Assembly: GCA_964394715.1 (NCBI GenBank) | Contig: CAYMYR010000001.1 | Span: 24,895-88,894, forward strand | DNA: 64,000 nt | DNA from: an uncultured Smithella sp. | GTDB taxonomy: Bacteria > Desulfobacterota > Syntrophia > Syntrophales > Smithellaceae | Direction: 5' to 3' | Shown: in pieces, positions 27,950-36,695 of the stretch | Layout: every line of letters starts with the position of its first letter | Position numbering within the stretch: the stretch's first letter is position 1 | Notes under the pieces: generated by a model | Database searches by the model: none | Seen by the model: only the letters and a program-made list of their open reading frames with translations | Told to the model about the DNA's origin: nothing | Translations under genes and position numbers: made by a program

Positions 27950-28677
27950 AAGAACGTCTTCAGAAGATTATTGCAGCGGCGGGCATTGCATCGCGACGTC
28001 ACGCGGAAGTGCTTATTACATCGGGACGTGTAAGCGTCAATGGAAAAATCGTTACCGAACTGGGCGTCAAAGCTGATTCCCAAAAAGACGTCATCCGTAT
28101 TGACGGCAACACCATTTCCCTGGAAACCACACACTGCTATATCGCACTGCATAAACCGGCGGAATATGTGACCACCATGTCCGATCCGCAGAAAAGGCCG
28201 ACTGTTGCGGACCTGATTAAAGATGTCCCGGAAAGGGTTTACCCGATCGGCCGTTTAGACTATGATTCTTCAGGGCTTTTACTTTTCACCAATGATGGAG
28301 ACTTTGCGCAAAAAATTCAGCACCCCCGTTTTCAGGTACCCAAAACCTATCGGGTTAAGATTTCCGGCCGTTTAAACAGGGAAGAATTCAAACAAATCGT
28401 AAACGGAATCAAATTACCGGATACGATATTCAAACCGGAAAATTTAAAGATTGAAAAGATCAATGACAAAAGCACCTGGCTCAGTCTCACACTGCGTGAA
28501 GGGAAAAACAGAATAATTCGGAGAGGATTTGAGGCCGCCGGCCGTAAGGTTACCCGTCTGGTAAGGGAAACCATCGGTAAAATCAGTTTGAAGGGCATTA
28601 AAGAAGGACAGTGGCGGCACCTGGCAGGCGGTGAAATCCGTCAGTTGATAAAAGACTCCAGTGGTCAAAAAAGGTAA
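27946..28677 (+). CDS. rluB: 23S rRNA pseudouridine synthase (RluB/RsuA family)
   Basis: It has an S4 domain (RLQKIIAAAGIASRRHAEVLITSGRVSVNG) and a catalytic GRLDYDSSGLLLFTNDG motif. The ATGA overlaps the scpB stop. Confidence 0.9.
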   Translation: MKERLQKIIAAAGIASRRHAEVLITSGRVSVNGKIVTELGVKADSQKDVIRIDGNTISLETTHCYIALHKPAEYVTTMSDPQKRPTVADLIKDVPERVYPIGRLDYDSSGLLLFTNDGDFAQKIQHPRFQVPKTYRVKISGRLNREEFKQIVNGIKLPDTIFKPENLKIEKINDKSTWLSLTLREGKNRIIRRGFEAAGRKVTRLVRETIGKISLKGIKEGQWRHLAGGEIRQLIKDSSGQKR

Positions 28678-28685
28678 AAATATTC

Positions 28686-28713
28686 TTGACAATCGCTGAA
28701 AAATAAATAATAG
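28686..28713 (+). promoter_or_regulatory. candidate sigma70 promoter for the IHF-beta-like gene
   Basis: The sequence is TTGACA (28686-28691), a 16-nt spacer, then TAATAG (28708-28713). Confidence 0.4.
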
Positions 28714-28785
28714 TCGCCGACGTGCAAGGTGATCAGCATCACAATATCAGGCGATTCATCCTGTTAATAGTCTTAAGGAGGCTCT

Positions 28786-29067
28786 ATGAACAAGTCCGGT
28801 CTTATTGAAGCTTTGAGTAAAAAGCTTAATTTAACGGAGAAAAAAGCAATTGACGTTGTTAACCTTGTTTTCAAAGGTTTTACCGATGAGCTGAAAAACG
28901 GCGGCCGTATCGAAATCCGGGGATTCGGAAGCTTTGTCGTTAAAGAATATGGTTCCTATACAGGAAGAAATCCCAAAACCGGCACAAAAATTAAAGTTGA
29001 GCCTAAGAAGCTGCCCTTCTTCAAAGTAGGCAAAGAGCTCAAAGACCGAGTCGATAAAAAGAATTAG
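28786..29067 (+). CDS. ihfB: integration host factor beta-like DNA-bending protein
   Basis: The 93-aa protein reads MNKSGLIEALS...RIEIRGFGSF.VKEY....GRNPKTG..I.V..KK.P.FK.GKEL. This is the IHF-beta pattern, with arginine in the RIEIRGFG segment. Confidence 0.85.
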   Translation: MNKSGLIEALSKKLNLTEKKAIDVVNLVFKGFTDELKNGGRIEIRGFGSFVVKEYGSYTGRNPKTGTKIKVEPKKLPFFKVGKELKDRVDKKN

Positions 29068-29090
29068 TAATCCTGCAAATGCTTCTCATA

Positions 29091-29126
29091 AAAAGACGGG
29101 AACTTGTTAATAAGTTCCCGTCTTTT
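29091..29126. terminator. bidirectional intrinsic terminator (ihfB-like / sodB convergent pair)
   Basis: A 15-bp stem (aaaagacgggaactt / aagttcccgtctttt) closes a 6-nt loop. A/T runs flank both sides. Confidence 0.85.
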
Positions 29127-29160
29127 TTATTGTTTCCTCGATTAAAAACCCGAAGTGATA

Positions 29161-29754
29161 TCATCCTAAATTGGAGTTCACAAAATCCCAGTTAATCAGG
29201 TTTTGGATGACTGCCGTAAGATAATCAGGCCGACGGTTCTGGTAATCCAGATAATAGGCATGCTCCCAGACATCAATCGTGAGCAGAGCTTTTTGTCCAT
29301 GGACCAACGGGGTGTCGGCATTCGGTGTTTTAGTTATTTTTAAATCATTTCCATCCAGAACAAGCCATGCCCAACCGCTCCCAAACTGTGTTGCACCGGC
29401 ATTCTTTAATTCTTCCGCAAACTTATCATAACTGCCAAAGGTGGAATTAATTATTGCGGCCACAGCCCCTGTCGGAGCTCCGCCCCCTTTAGGCTTCAGA
29501 CATTTCCAGTAAAATGAATGATTCCATACCTGTGCGGCATTATTAAAGATACCCGCCCTGGCAGGATCCTTTGCGGAATTGACAATGATTTCTTCCAGTG
29601 TTTTCCCGTCCAGATCAGTCCCGGCAATCAACTTATTTATGTTGTCCACATACGTTTTGTGATGCTTCCCATGATGAAATTCCAATGTATTTGCGCTGAT
29701 ATACGGGGACAGCGCGTCTCTCTCGTAAGGCAGCTCGGGTAAATTTACAGCCAT
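29161..29754 (-). CDS. sodB: superoxide dismutase (Fe type)
   Basis: The protein reads LPELPY..DAL.P.IS..TLEFHHGKHH..YV and AAQVWNHSFYW (Fe-SOD-type rather than Mn-type), followed by DVWEHAYYLDYQNRR. Confidence 0.93.
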   Translation of the reverse strand: MAVNLPELPYERDALSPYISANTLEFHHGKHHKTYVDNINKLIAGTDLDGKTLEEIIVNSAKDPARAGIFNNAAQVWNHSFYWKCLKPKGGGAPTGAVAAIINSTFGSYDKFAEELKNAGATQFGSGWAWLVLDGNDLKITKTPNADTPLVHGQKALLTIDVWEHAYYLDYQNRRPDYLTAVIQNLINWDFVNSNLG

Positions 29755-29811
29755 AGATTGATCTCCTTTCTGTGGTTATTACAGATTAGTATAGGCAGCA
29801 TGCACGTTTTG

Positions 29812-30777
29812 TCAAATGTTAGTTATCTGGGGGTTATCTGGGAAAAACGACTCCGGTTCCTGATCCGGAAAGTCATTTCTTGACCAGAATTTCATCAGGG
29901 TCACCTGACCGAACATGAAAACAGAAAAGATCAAAGCAGGCAAAGCCGCTTCATGATTGAAAAGATACAGGGCAATTCCACCGGCCATTCCGTAATTTTT
30001 CATGGTTCCTAAAACCATGAGCGATTTTATTTTTGAAGGGGATACTTTATAAAACCAGCCGATCAGTTTCAGAACTATACAGATCAGAAAGATGACGCTA
30101 AACGCGAGAACGGATATCAGAATGATTTCCAGCGGCCATTCTTTAATCAGATTTGCATTACTGGATGCCAGAGCGTAAAATACTATAAAGAAACAAACAT
30201 TGGAAATGGTACCCTGATAATACATGATTTGTGAATCCCAATTCCGATCAACCGCGATTCGGGACAGGATGAGCGGCAGTATGATCAATGTGAAGAACAA
30301 TATGATTAATTTATCGTAATGAACCGGAATAAATTTAAGAAATGCGATGCCAATCAGCGGCATCAGAATGATTGCACCTATGTAAGCTCCCGCAAAGCCT
30401 GCCAGGATCAACATTTTATCGGCCCGCAGTTTTAGTCCCAGAGGCAAGACCGCCACCGCAGGAGGCACGGCGGCAACCAGAACGAGGCCAATCCATAGTT
30501 TTTCGTCTGGTATCAGGAAGATGCTTCCCAAAATAATCAGATTCCCCAAAATCAGATAGTTCATCAGGTTGCCCCAGAGGGCTCCGGAAACAAGTTTTTT
30601 TGGCTCATGAAGGAAACCTCCCGGGAAACGCAGCAGGGTCAAGGTTTGTATAAGCATCAATGCAGGCAAGACCAGAAAGGAAACCGCATACGCGGCCTGC
30701 GGCAGAAAGATTCCCGGCACAATGGCCAGAAGAAAAAGAAGATTGGAAAACGATGCAAAAATTTTAACTACCGACAC
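29812..30777 (-). CDS. polytopic membrane protein, putative transporter (family not identified)
   Basis: The protein is 321 aa with about 10 predicted TM helices. It starts 6 nt after the znuB stop on the same strand. A weak resemblance to SBF/BASS or AEC-type permeases (..GTMKNYGMAGGIAL..) is not sufficient for a call. Confidence 0.5.
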   Translation of the reverse strand: MSVVKIFASFSNLLFLLAIVPGIFLPQAAYAVSFLVLPALMLIQTLTLLRFPGGFLHEPKKLVSGALWGNLMNYLILGNLIILGSIFLIPDEKLWIGLVLVAAVPPAVAVLPLGLKLRADKMLILAGFAGAYIGAIILMPLIGIAFLKFIPVHYDKLIILFFTLIILPLILSRIAVDRNWDSQIMYYQGTISNVCFFIVFYALASSNANLIKEWPLEIILISVLAFSVIFLICIVLKLIGWFYKVSPSKIKSLMVLGTMKNYGMAGGIALYLFNHEAALPALIFSVFMFGQVTLMKFWSRNDFPDQEPESFFPDNPQITNI

Positions 30778-30783
30778 CGTGAT

Positions 30784-31611
30784 TTACCTCCTCGGTACGG
30801 AAAGTTTTTTAACCACGAAAACAACGGAAAGAAAGCAGATGTTCAAAAGGACAATCATTGCGCCGGCTGGTAAATTCAGCATAAAAGCGATGACGATTCC
30901 GCAAAGAACAGCTCCGACAGCAAAGCCGACCGCGGCAATCATTGTTTTCCGGAAACTCATGGACATCTGAAGAGCAGTGAGTGCGGGAAGGATAAGCAGC
31001 GCGGAAACCAGCATGATACCGGCAACCTTCATGGCCAAAACGGCAGCAACGGCTGTCAGCAGGAAAAGAAGGATATTGATCCGTCCGGTGTTGATCCCCA
31101 TACTGCATGCCAGCTCCTGATCAAAGGTCAGGGCAAAAAGATCATCGTAGAAATAAACAACCACGGCTAAAACTACCACAAATAAAATAAAAGCAAGAAT
31201 CAGTTCGGTATTATTGACCGTCAAAATATTTCCAAAAAGATAGCTGAATAAATCAACATTGAATCCACCGGACAAACTGGCCAGGACAACACCCGCAGCA
31301 ATCCCCAGCGAAGAAACGATTCCGATGGCCGAATCTGCATTGATCTTTCTGGACGACGTTAACTTGTAGATAGCCAGGGAGGAAATGATCACCAGCGGAA
31401 GCGCCGCCACGGTAACATAAACCGGACTTACACCGATTAAAAGGACAACGGCCACGCTGCCGAAGGTCGTGTGGGCCAGGCCGTCACCGATCAGGGAAAA
31501 CCTCCGTAAAACGAGAAACATTCCCAACAGCGCTGAAACGGCGGCAACGAAAACACCCGCGATCATCGCACGCTGGACAAATCCGTATTTCATGACTTCC
31601 ATCAGATCCAT
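30784..31611 (-). CDS. znuB: metal (Zn/Mn) ABC transporter permease
   Basis: The protein is 275 aa and highly hydrophobic, a ZnuB/MntB-type permease (..F.QRA..AG.....S..LG.FLVLRR.SLIGDGL.H..F.G.A...). Confidence 0.88.
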   Translation of the reverse strand: MDLMEVMKYGFVQRAMIAGVFVAAVSALLGMFLVLRRFSLIGDGLAHTTFGSVAVVLLIGVSPVYVTVAALPLVIISSLAIYKLTSSRKINADSAIGIVSSLGIAAGVVLASLSGGFNVDLFSYLFGNILTVNNTELILAFILFVVVLAVVVYFYDDLFALTFDQELACSMGINTGRINILLFLLTAVAAVLAMKVAGIMLVSALLILPALTALQMSMSFRKTMIAAVGFAVGAVLCGIVIAFMLNLPAGAMIVLLNICFLSVVFVVKKLSVPRR

Positions 31612-32348
31612 CAGACAGTCCCTCCGGTGCGGTCGTGTTGATGGCAGATGATATGCTGACTTGACGGGCCAAAAATTCCAGCCATGTCCCGGGAAGAACA
31701 GAATTCCTTAAACGTACCGGAAAAGATGACTTTCTTGTCCAGATAAAGAAGATTTCGGGCATACTGACCGATAACACCGATATCATGGGTCACAAGAATA
31801 ACCGTGGTTCCCTCCTGCCGGTTCATCTCACCTGTTAGTGAATAAAACATTTCCCGCGTTTCCGGGTCCAATGCTGTGGTCGGTTCATCAAAGATCAGCA
31901 ATTCCGGCCTCCGGATGAGCGCCCTGGCCAGCATGGCCCGCTGCTGCTCCCCGTAAGACAGTTCGCCGATCAAACGCGAAGCCAGATGGCCGATTGCCAT
32001 CATCTCCAGTGTTCGCGCAAGTGCATCCGGATCTTTTCGGGTCAAACCCATTTGAACAATTTCTTCAACTGTCCCTGGAAAATGAGCATTCAGGGCGCTG
32101 AGACGCTGCGGCAGATAGCCGATTTTTTCCCATTGTCTGAAATCAGAAAGGGGCCTGCCGAACAATTCCACCCCGCCCTTTTCCGGCCGCAGAATGCCCA
32201 GGATGTTCTTCATCAGCGTGCTTTTACCGGAACCGTTGGGTCCCACAATCCCCAGATATAATCCATTTTCCACGGCAAAAGAAATGTTGCTGAGCACATC
32301 GATGCCGTTGTAGCGGAAAGTCAGATCATCAACGCGAATTACGGGCAT
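31611..32348 (-). CDS. znuC: metal ABC transporter ATP-binding protein
   Basis: It has Walker A (GPNGSGKST), the signature sequence (LSYGEQQR) and Walker B (LLIFDEPT). It overlaps neighbouring genes at both ends. Confidence 0.9.
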   Translation of the reverse strand: MPVIRVDDLTFRYNGIDVLSNISFAVENGLYLGIVGPNGSGKSTLMKNILGILRPEKGGVELFGRPLSDFRQWEKIGYLPQRLSALNAHFPGTVEEIVQMGLTRKDPDALARTLEMMAIGHLASRLIGELSYGEQQRAMLARALIRRPELLIFDEPTTALDPETREMFYSLTGEMNRQEGTTVILVTHDIGVIGQYARNLLYLDKKVIFSGTFKEFCSSRDMAGIFGPSSQHIICHQHDRTGGTV

Positions 32349-33316
32349 TGCATTCCCTTTTTCAGATTTTCGAGATTTCGTTCCATCAAAGATATGAACG
32401 ATATACCGTTCTGAATGTCTTTATTGCTGATGTCCTGTCCATTGCTGAGTTTAAGCAGACCTGTGCCGGTTTCAGAGGCAATGGTCGCGGCCAGTCTTGG
32501 CGCGGCAAGATCTTCATAGTAAATATACGGCAGCTTTTGATCTTTGATCTTTTTAATCAGTGCCAGGATCTGCCGCGGCGAGGGCTCCGCGTCCGCCGAT
32601 ACATTGTAGGCAGCCACGTACTCTATACGATACCGGCTGGCGGGATAGGCAAAGGCCCTGTGACCGGCGTGCAGGATGGTTCTTGTCCTGCAGTCTGACA
32701 ATTGCTCACGATATTTTTTATCCAGACCAACCAGCCTGAGTTTATAGTCCCTCGCGTTATTTTCATAAAATTCCCTGTTTTTTGGATCCTTGCGGACGAA
32801 AGCTTTTGAGATGTTGTCGATCATTTTCTGCGCGTTATCGAAGTCCAGCCAGATATGCGGATCCTTCTCTGCCGCCTGATGAACAGCTTCATCTTTCAGG
32901 CCGGATTGGTACCCTGAATGATGATCGTGAGGTTCCTGTATCGTCAGGAAAGAGCAGCCCTGCCCGGTTTCCACCGCCATCATGGTCGTCTTACCGGCTA
33001 TGGCATCGATTACTTTGCGGGCCCAGTGCTCCATTTCAAAACTGGTGAAAAGAAAAATATCCGTTTCACCGATCCGCATGATATCATCCGGCTTCAATTC
33101 GTAGTGATGAATATCGGATGCGGGCGGAAGCAGCATGGTAACCGTGATTTTATCGCCGCCGACATTTCGGGCAAAATCATAGAGCGGGAATATCGTGGCA
33201 ATAACTTTGAGACGTGCATTTTCCCCGGGAACCTTGTCCGCCTGTTTACAGCTCACTGTAAATAAAAGAACGATCAAGAAAAACAGTATTATTTTTTTTG
33301 CATTCATCATTGACAA
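32339..33316 (-). CDS. znuA: periplasmic metal-binding protein (ZnuA-like, lipoprotein)
   Basis: It has a lipobox (FTVSC) and belongs to the ZnuA/TroA family (ATIFPLYDF...H.YE..P.D......D.F). A His/acidic-rich loop (EPHDHHSGYQSG...DPH) suggests zinc. Confidence 0.85.
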   Translation of the reverse strand: MSMMNAKKIILFFLIVLLFTVSCKQADKVPGENARLKVIATIFPLYDFARNVGGDKITVTMLLPPASDIHHYELKPDDIMRIGETDIFLFTSFEMEHWARKVIDAIAGKTTMMAVETGQGCSFLTIQEPHDHHSGYQSGLKDEAVHQAAEKDPHIWLDFDNAQKMIDNISKAFVRKDPKNREFYENNARDYKLRLVGLDKKYREQLSDCRTRTILHAGHRAFAYPASRYRIEYVAAYNVSADAEPSPRQILALIKKIKDQKLPYIYYEDLAAPRLAATIASETGTGLLKLSNGQDISNKDIQNGISFISLMERNLENLKKGMQCP

Positions 33317-33442
33317 CCCTTTTCCCTGGCTGTTTTCTTGATGTGAATTTACAAAATAATTCCGGCAAACACCTGCCTTGCACGCAGCTCACGCGATAAA
33401 TACCCGCAACAGCCTCCCTGCACTGTTTGCGGGTGTACCAAA

Positions 33443-33461
33443 ATTGCAACCAAGTTGCAAT
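33443..33461. promoter_or_regulatory. perfect 8-3-8 palindrome, candidate operator in the znuA / hemerythrin divergent region
   Basis: The palindrome is ATTGCAAC-caa-GTTGCAAT. It lies about 20 nt upstream of an extended -10 (TGgTATAAT, 33481-33489) for the plus-strand gene. It also overlaps a possible minus-strand TTGCAA-17-TACACC promoter. Confidence 0.4.
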
Positions 33462-33554
33462 AGCTATCCGTGATCTACAATGGTATAATGGAAAACATAG
33501 AATTTACAGATTTTCACCAAAATGCAATCATCACAGCAAAAGGAGGAGAAAGCA

Positions 33555-34091
33555 ATGAAGCCGATCGGACCTTTAATGCGGGAACATCGCCTGATTGAAA
33601 AAATGCTTGGCCATATGATGCGTCACATAGACAAGGCGGAGACTGAAAAAAAAATCAATCCTCTCATCATTGATGCGGCCGTTGATTTTATCCGCATGTA
33701 TGCGGACCGGACCCATCACGGCAAAGAAGAAGAAATTCTGTTTCGGGACCTTGCTGGAAAAGACATGACCCCCGAACTGAAAAATACCATGCAGGAACTG
33801 CTTGACGAACATGTATGGGGCAGAAAAACCACGGCACAGATCGTTGCCGCCAAAGAATTGTATTTATCGGGAAAGGACGAGAAGCTTGGTGAAATTATCC
33901 GTCTTGCACGGGAACTGGGAAACTTCTATCCCAAACACATCGAGAAGGAAGACAAACATTTCTTTTATCCCTGCCAGGAATATTTCAGCAAGTCCGAACA
34001 GGAAATAATGCTGGCCCAATTCTGGGATTTCGACCGAAAAATGATCCACGAAAAATACAACAAAGTTGTCGAAGACTACAGCCTACTGTAA
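33555..34091 (+). CDS. hemerythrin-like (HHE cation-binding) domain protein
   Basis: The protein starts MKPIGPLMREHRLIEKML. Further His/Glu motifs follow (HHGKEEEILF, LLDEHVWG and HIEKEDKHFF). The ATG at 33555 follows AAGGAGGAG. Confidence 0.8.
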   Translation: MKPIGPLMREHRLIEKMLGHMMRHIDKAETEKKINPLIIDAAVDFIRMYADRTHHGKEEEILFRDLAGKDMTPELKNTMQELLDEHVWGRKTTAQIVAAKELYLSGKDEKLGEIIRLARELGNFYPKHIEKEDKHFFYPCQEYFSKSEQEIMLAQFWDFDRKMIHEKYNKVVEDYSLL

Positions 34092-34102
34092 AACACCTAT
34101 CG

Positions 34103-34136
34103 CGTCATGCGCTGTTGAAAAAAACAGCGCATGACG
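34103..34136. terminator. hairpin between convergent genes (probable bidirectional terminator)
   Basis: A perfect 14-bp stem (cgtcatgcgctgtt / aacagcgcatgacg) closes a 6-nt loop (gaaaaa). The U-tracts are weak. Confidence 0.55.
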
Positions 34137-34149
34137 TATCATCATTATC

Positions 34150-34803
34150 CTAGTACCGCCAGCCCCAGAATCCGAAAGCAAGGACATTCATCACAACAGG
34201 CACGGCGTAAATGACGCCGAGGGTCGTCAACTTGGCCTTCATCGATTTGAGACTGATGACTAAAATAGCAAAGCAGAAGAAGTGGAAGTAGCCTATCAGG
34301 AAAATCAGCCATACACCTTTGAAGGACAGATACCAGAAGGGATATTCCCAGACAAGGTGTCCGCCGATGTTCAGCAGGCATTCAACAAAGACGCAAAATA
34401 CGCTGTACCCGATTGCCCAGAACCATTTTTCGGGAAGCCCCAGGATTTTTTCTTTTTTGCTTTCAGAAAGCGTATTGTAATAAACAATGCCCACCAGCAA
34501 GAACATGAACATGATTTCAATATTCCATCCGACCATCGTGCGCAGTGCGGTGTCGCCGGGGGTTGTCCAGAATGCGGAACGCTGAGTAAAATGAAGAACC
34601 CAGCCGTTCCAGGTCTCGTTGAAGAAATCCACGCCGAAAATGGTCAACCCGGCCAGAACCGCATTCCAGTCGCCGGTTTTTCTCGCATCCTTGATTTCAC
34701 GCGAATAAACATAAAAGACAATGGCCAGAAGAGGAATAATGTACCATTTGATCATGGAAAGATCGCGCAGTCCGCTCAACGCCTGTTCGGTTGCTGCTGT
34801 CAT
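34150..34803 (-). CDS. hypothetical Trp-rich integral membrane protein
   Basis: The protein is 217 aa with about 6 TM helices and many Trp residues (WNGWVLHF, WTTPGD, WEYPFWY, FGFWGWRY). I recognise no family. Confidence 0.5.
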   Translation of the reverse strand: MTAATEQALSGLRDLSMIKWYIIPLLAIVFYVYSREIKDARKTGDWNAVLAGLTIFGVDFFNETWNGWVLHFTQRSAFWTTPGDTALRTMVGWNIEIMFMFLLVGIVYYNTLSESKKEKILGLPEKWFWAIGYSVFCVFVECLLNIGGHLVWEYPFWYLSFKGVWLIFLIGYFHFFCFAILVISLKSMKAKLTTLGVIYAVPVVMNVLAFGFWGWRY

Positions 34804-34865
34804 GTTAACCTCCTTGAAATGGTAAAATTTTTATTTCCGGGCGCACCGTTTCCGTCATTCCGGCC

Positions 34866-36422
34866 CTACTGGGGTAATTTGATTTTCTGCCCCAGCAATA
34901 AAGAATCGGATTCCGACATGTTATTGATGCGCCGCAGCTCTGTGACGGTAATGGAACAGCTTTTGGCCAGAGAAAACATTGTGTCGCCTTTTTTTACTGT
35001 GTATTTTTTCAGGGATTTTCCAGAGGTCGCTTCCGGCTTACCAGATTCAATTTTACCGGCCTCAATCAGAATTTTTCGTCCGACATAGAGAGGATCGCCA
35101 ATTTTGATATGATTCAGCTTCAAAAGGGCAGCCAGGGTTGTTTCATGCTTTCTGGCAATGGCATTGAGGTTATCACCAGGTTTCACGCGGTAGGTGATCG
35201 TTGTTACTTGAAGACGTTTTGATTCTGTAGTCTTTTTCAGCTGTGGTTCGGTTGGTCTATCCTGTGTTTTGTCCACATCAGCAGCCAGCACAGCCGAAGA
35301 CGCGCTCGAAAAATATTCACCAACAGATAAAGCAACCGCCGACGCAATGGTTTTTCTGAATTTGACCGTTTTCAGCAGGTGCTCTTCCTCATCATGGGAA
35401 AGGAACGCGGTTTCCAGGAGCACAGCCGGAATATCCAGCAGCTTTAAAACACGGAAAGGCGCTTCATGGAAGTTGGTATATTTCAGGCAGTGAACGCGGC
35501 CGATCTGATCCAGCAAATGAGAAGCGTATGTTTTAGAAAGGTTGATGGTGTTCGTTTGAAACATGTTGAGGATGATCTCATCGGATTGATTGTTACCTTC
35601 TCCGTCGGGCACTCCACCGATGATATCGGAGAGGTTTTCATTGTTCGCCAGCAGTTTTGCCGCTTCATTGCTTGCGGCACCTGTGGACAGGCAATAAACC
35701 GAACTGCCCCTGGCCTGACGGTTTCTGGCCGCATCAGCATGCACGCTGATGAAAAGGCTCGCGTTCGTTTTTCTGGCTACATTCAGTCGTCTGCTGAAAG
35801 ATACATAATAATCCCCGTCACGCGTTAATACCGCTCGATATCCGGGCATTTTGTCAATTGCTTTTTTGATTTCACGACTAATGGCCAACACGACATGCTT
35901 TTCATAAGTTCCGTTGGCGCCGATAGCACCCGGATCTTCACCTCCATGACCCGGGTCAATGACAATCACCCTTCTTTTCGCAGAAGGGACCCTGACTGGT
36001 TCCTGTGGAATGTCCTCCTTAACCGCCGCCTGTCCAACGATAATATCCACAACGACACGGTCAGGCTTATCCATGAATTTTTTCAGTTTGAAGACTTCCG
36101 TCTTGATATGCTGCCCCAGAACAATTGTAATGACACACTTGTCACGACCTGCAGATTGAAACAGGATTTTACGGATTCCCGGTTTATCAATCACCTTTTC
36201 TGCGGGTAGCGATGGATGAAGAGAGGTTCCGGAAAAATTGAGGGTGAGTGTATTATCACTGATTTTGAACCGGTAGTCCGGATCGGCACTGAGATCAAAA
36301 ACAACACGAGTGTGATCCGGTGCTGCCCAGTGGCGGACGTTGGTAATTTCGGTCGCGGCAAAACCATGAGCAGACAGAAATAAGGACAAAAGAACCACCG
36401 CAAAGGACATCAGTGTTCTCAT
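34866..36422 (-). CDS. amiC: N-acetylmuramoyl-L-alanine amidase with AMIN domain and two C-terminal LysM domains
   Basis: It has a signal peptide (MRTLMSFAVVLLSLFLSAHGFAA) and an AMIN domain (ITNVRHWAAPDHTRVVFDL). The Amidase_3 core reads VIDPGHGGEDPGA...SVHADA. Two LysM domains follow (YRVKPGDNLNAIARK.., YTVKKGDTMFSLAK..). The start is at 36422, or alternatively 36446. Confidence 0.9.
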   Translation of the reverse strand: MRTLMSFAVVLLSLFLSAHGFAATEITNVRHWAAPDHTRVVFDLSADPDYRFKISDNTLTLNFSGTSLHPSLPAEKVIDKPGIRKILFQSAGRDKCVITIVLGQHIKTEVFKLKKFMDKPDRVVVDIIVGQAAVKEDIPQEPVRVPSAKRRVIVIDPGHGGEDPGAIGANGTYEKHVVLAISREIKKAIDKMPGYRAVLTRDGDYYVSFSRRLNVARKTNASLFISVHADAARNRQARGSSVYCLSTGAASNEAAKLLANNENLSDIIGGVPDGEGNNQSDEIILNMFQTNTINLSKTYASHLLDQIGRVHCLKYTNFHEAPFRVLKLLDIPAVLLETAFLSHDEEEHLLKTVKFRKTIASAVALSVGEYFSSASSAVLAADVDKTQDRPTEPQLKKTTESKRLQVTTITYRVKPGDNLNAIARKHETTLAALLKLNHIKIGDPLYVGRKILIEAGKIESGKPEATSGKSLKKYTVKKGDTMFSLAKSCSITVTELRRINNMSESDSLLLGQKIKLPQ

Positions 36423-36489
36423 TTGCTTTGTCGTTACCCAATGCATAATTTTAATTATCAAATTTCCATAACAACTGCAACCTTTAAGA

Positions 36490-36606
36490 AAGAGGTACAA
36501 GGATCGAGGAGCAAGGTTAAAGGCGAAAGGTTCAAGTTGAAAGATCATCTTGTTCCTTCGGTCGCTGAGCCTGTCGAAGCGTTCCTTGTCCCTTTCACCT
36601 TCTCCC
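36490..36606. repeat. composite repeat: CAAGG-type tract, shared 23-mer, and inverted CCTTG-type tract
   Basis: The left arm is ggtacaaggatcgaggagcaaggttaaaggcgaaaggttcaag. The 23-mer CGGTCGCTGAGCCTGTCGAAGCG (36559-36581) is identical to 48467-48489. The right arm, ccttgtccctttcaccttctccc, is the reverse-complement type. Confidence 0.8.
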
Positions 36607-36695
36607 TTCTATCATGAACCTTTTTATAAAAATGGTTGACAAGCTCTCCGGTAAATGCGATTTTCTCCGCACAAATAAAAAAATCAAGGACAGCG

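Noticed and set aside
34282-35088. A 268-aa plus-strand ORF spanning two minus-strand genes and their spacer.
   Set aside because: It overlaps the well-supported amidase and membrane-protein genes on the opposite strand. It has no motif support.
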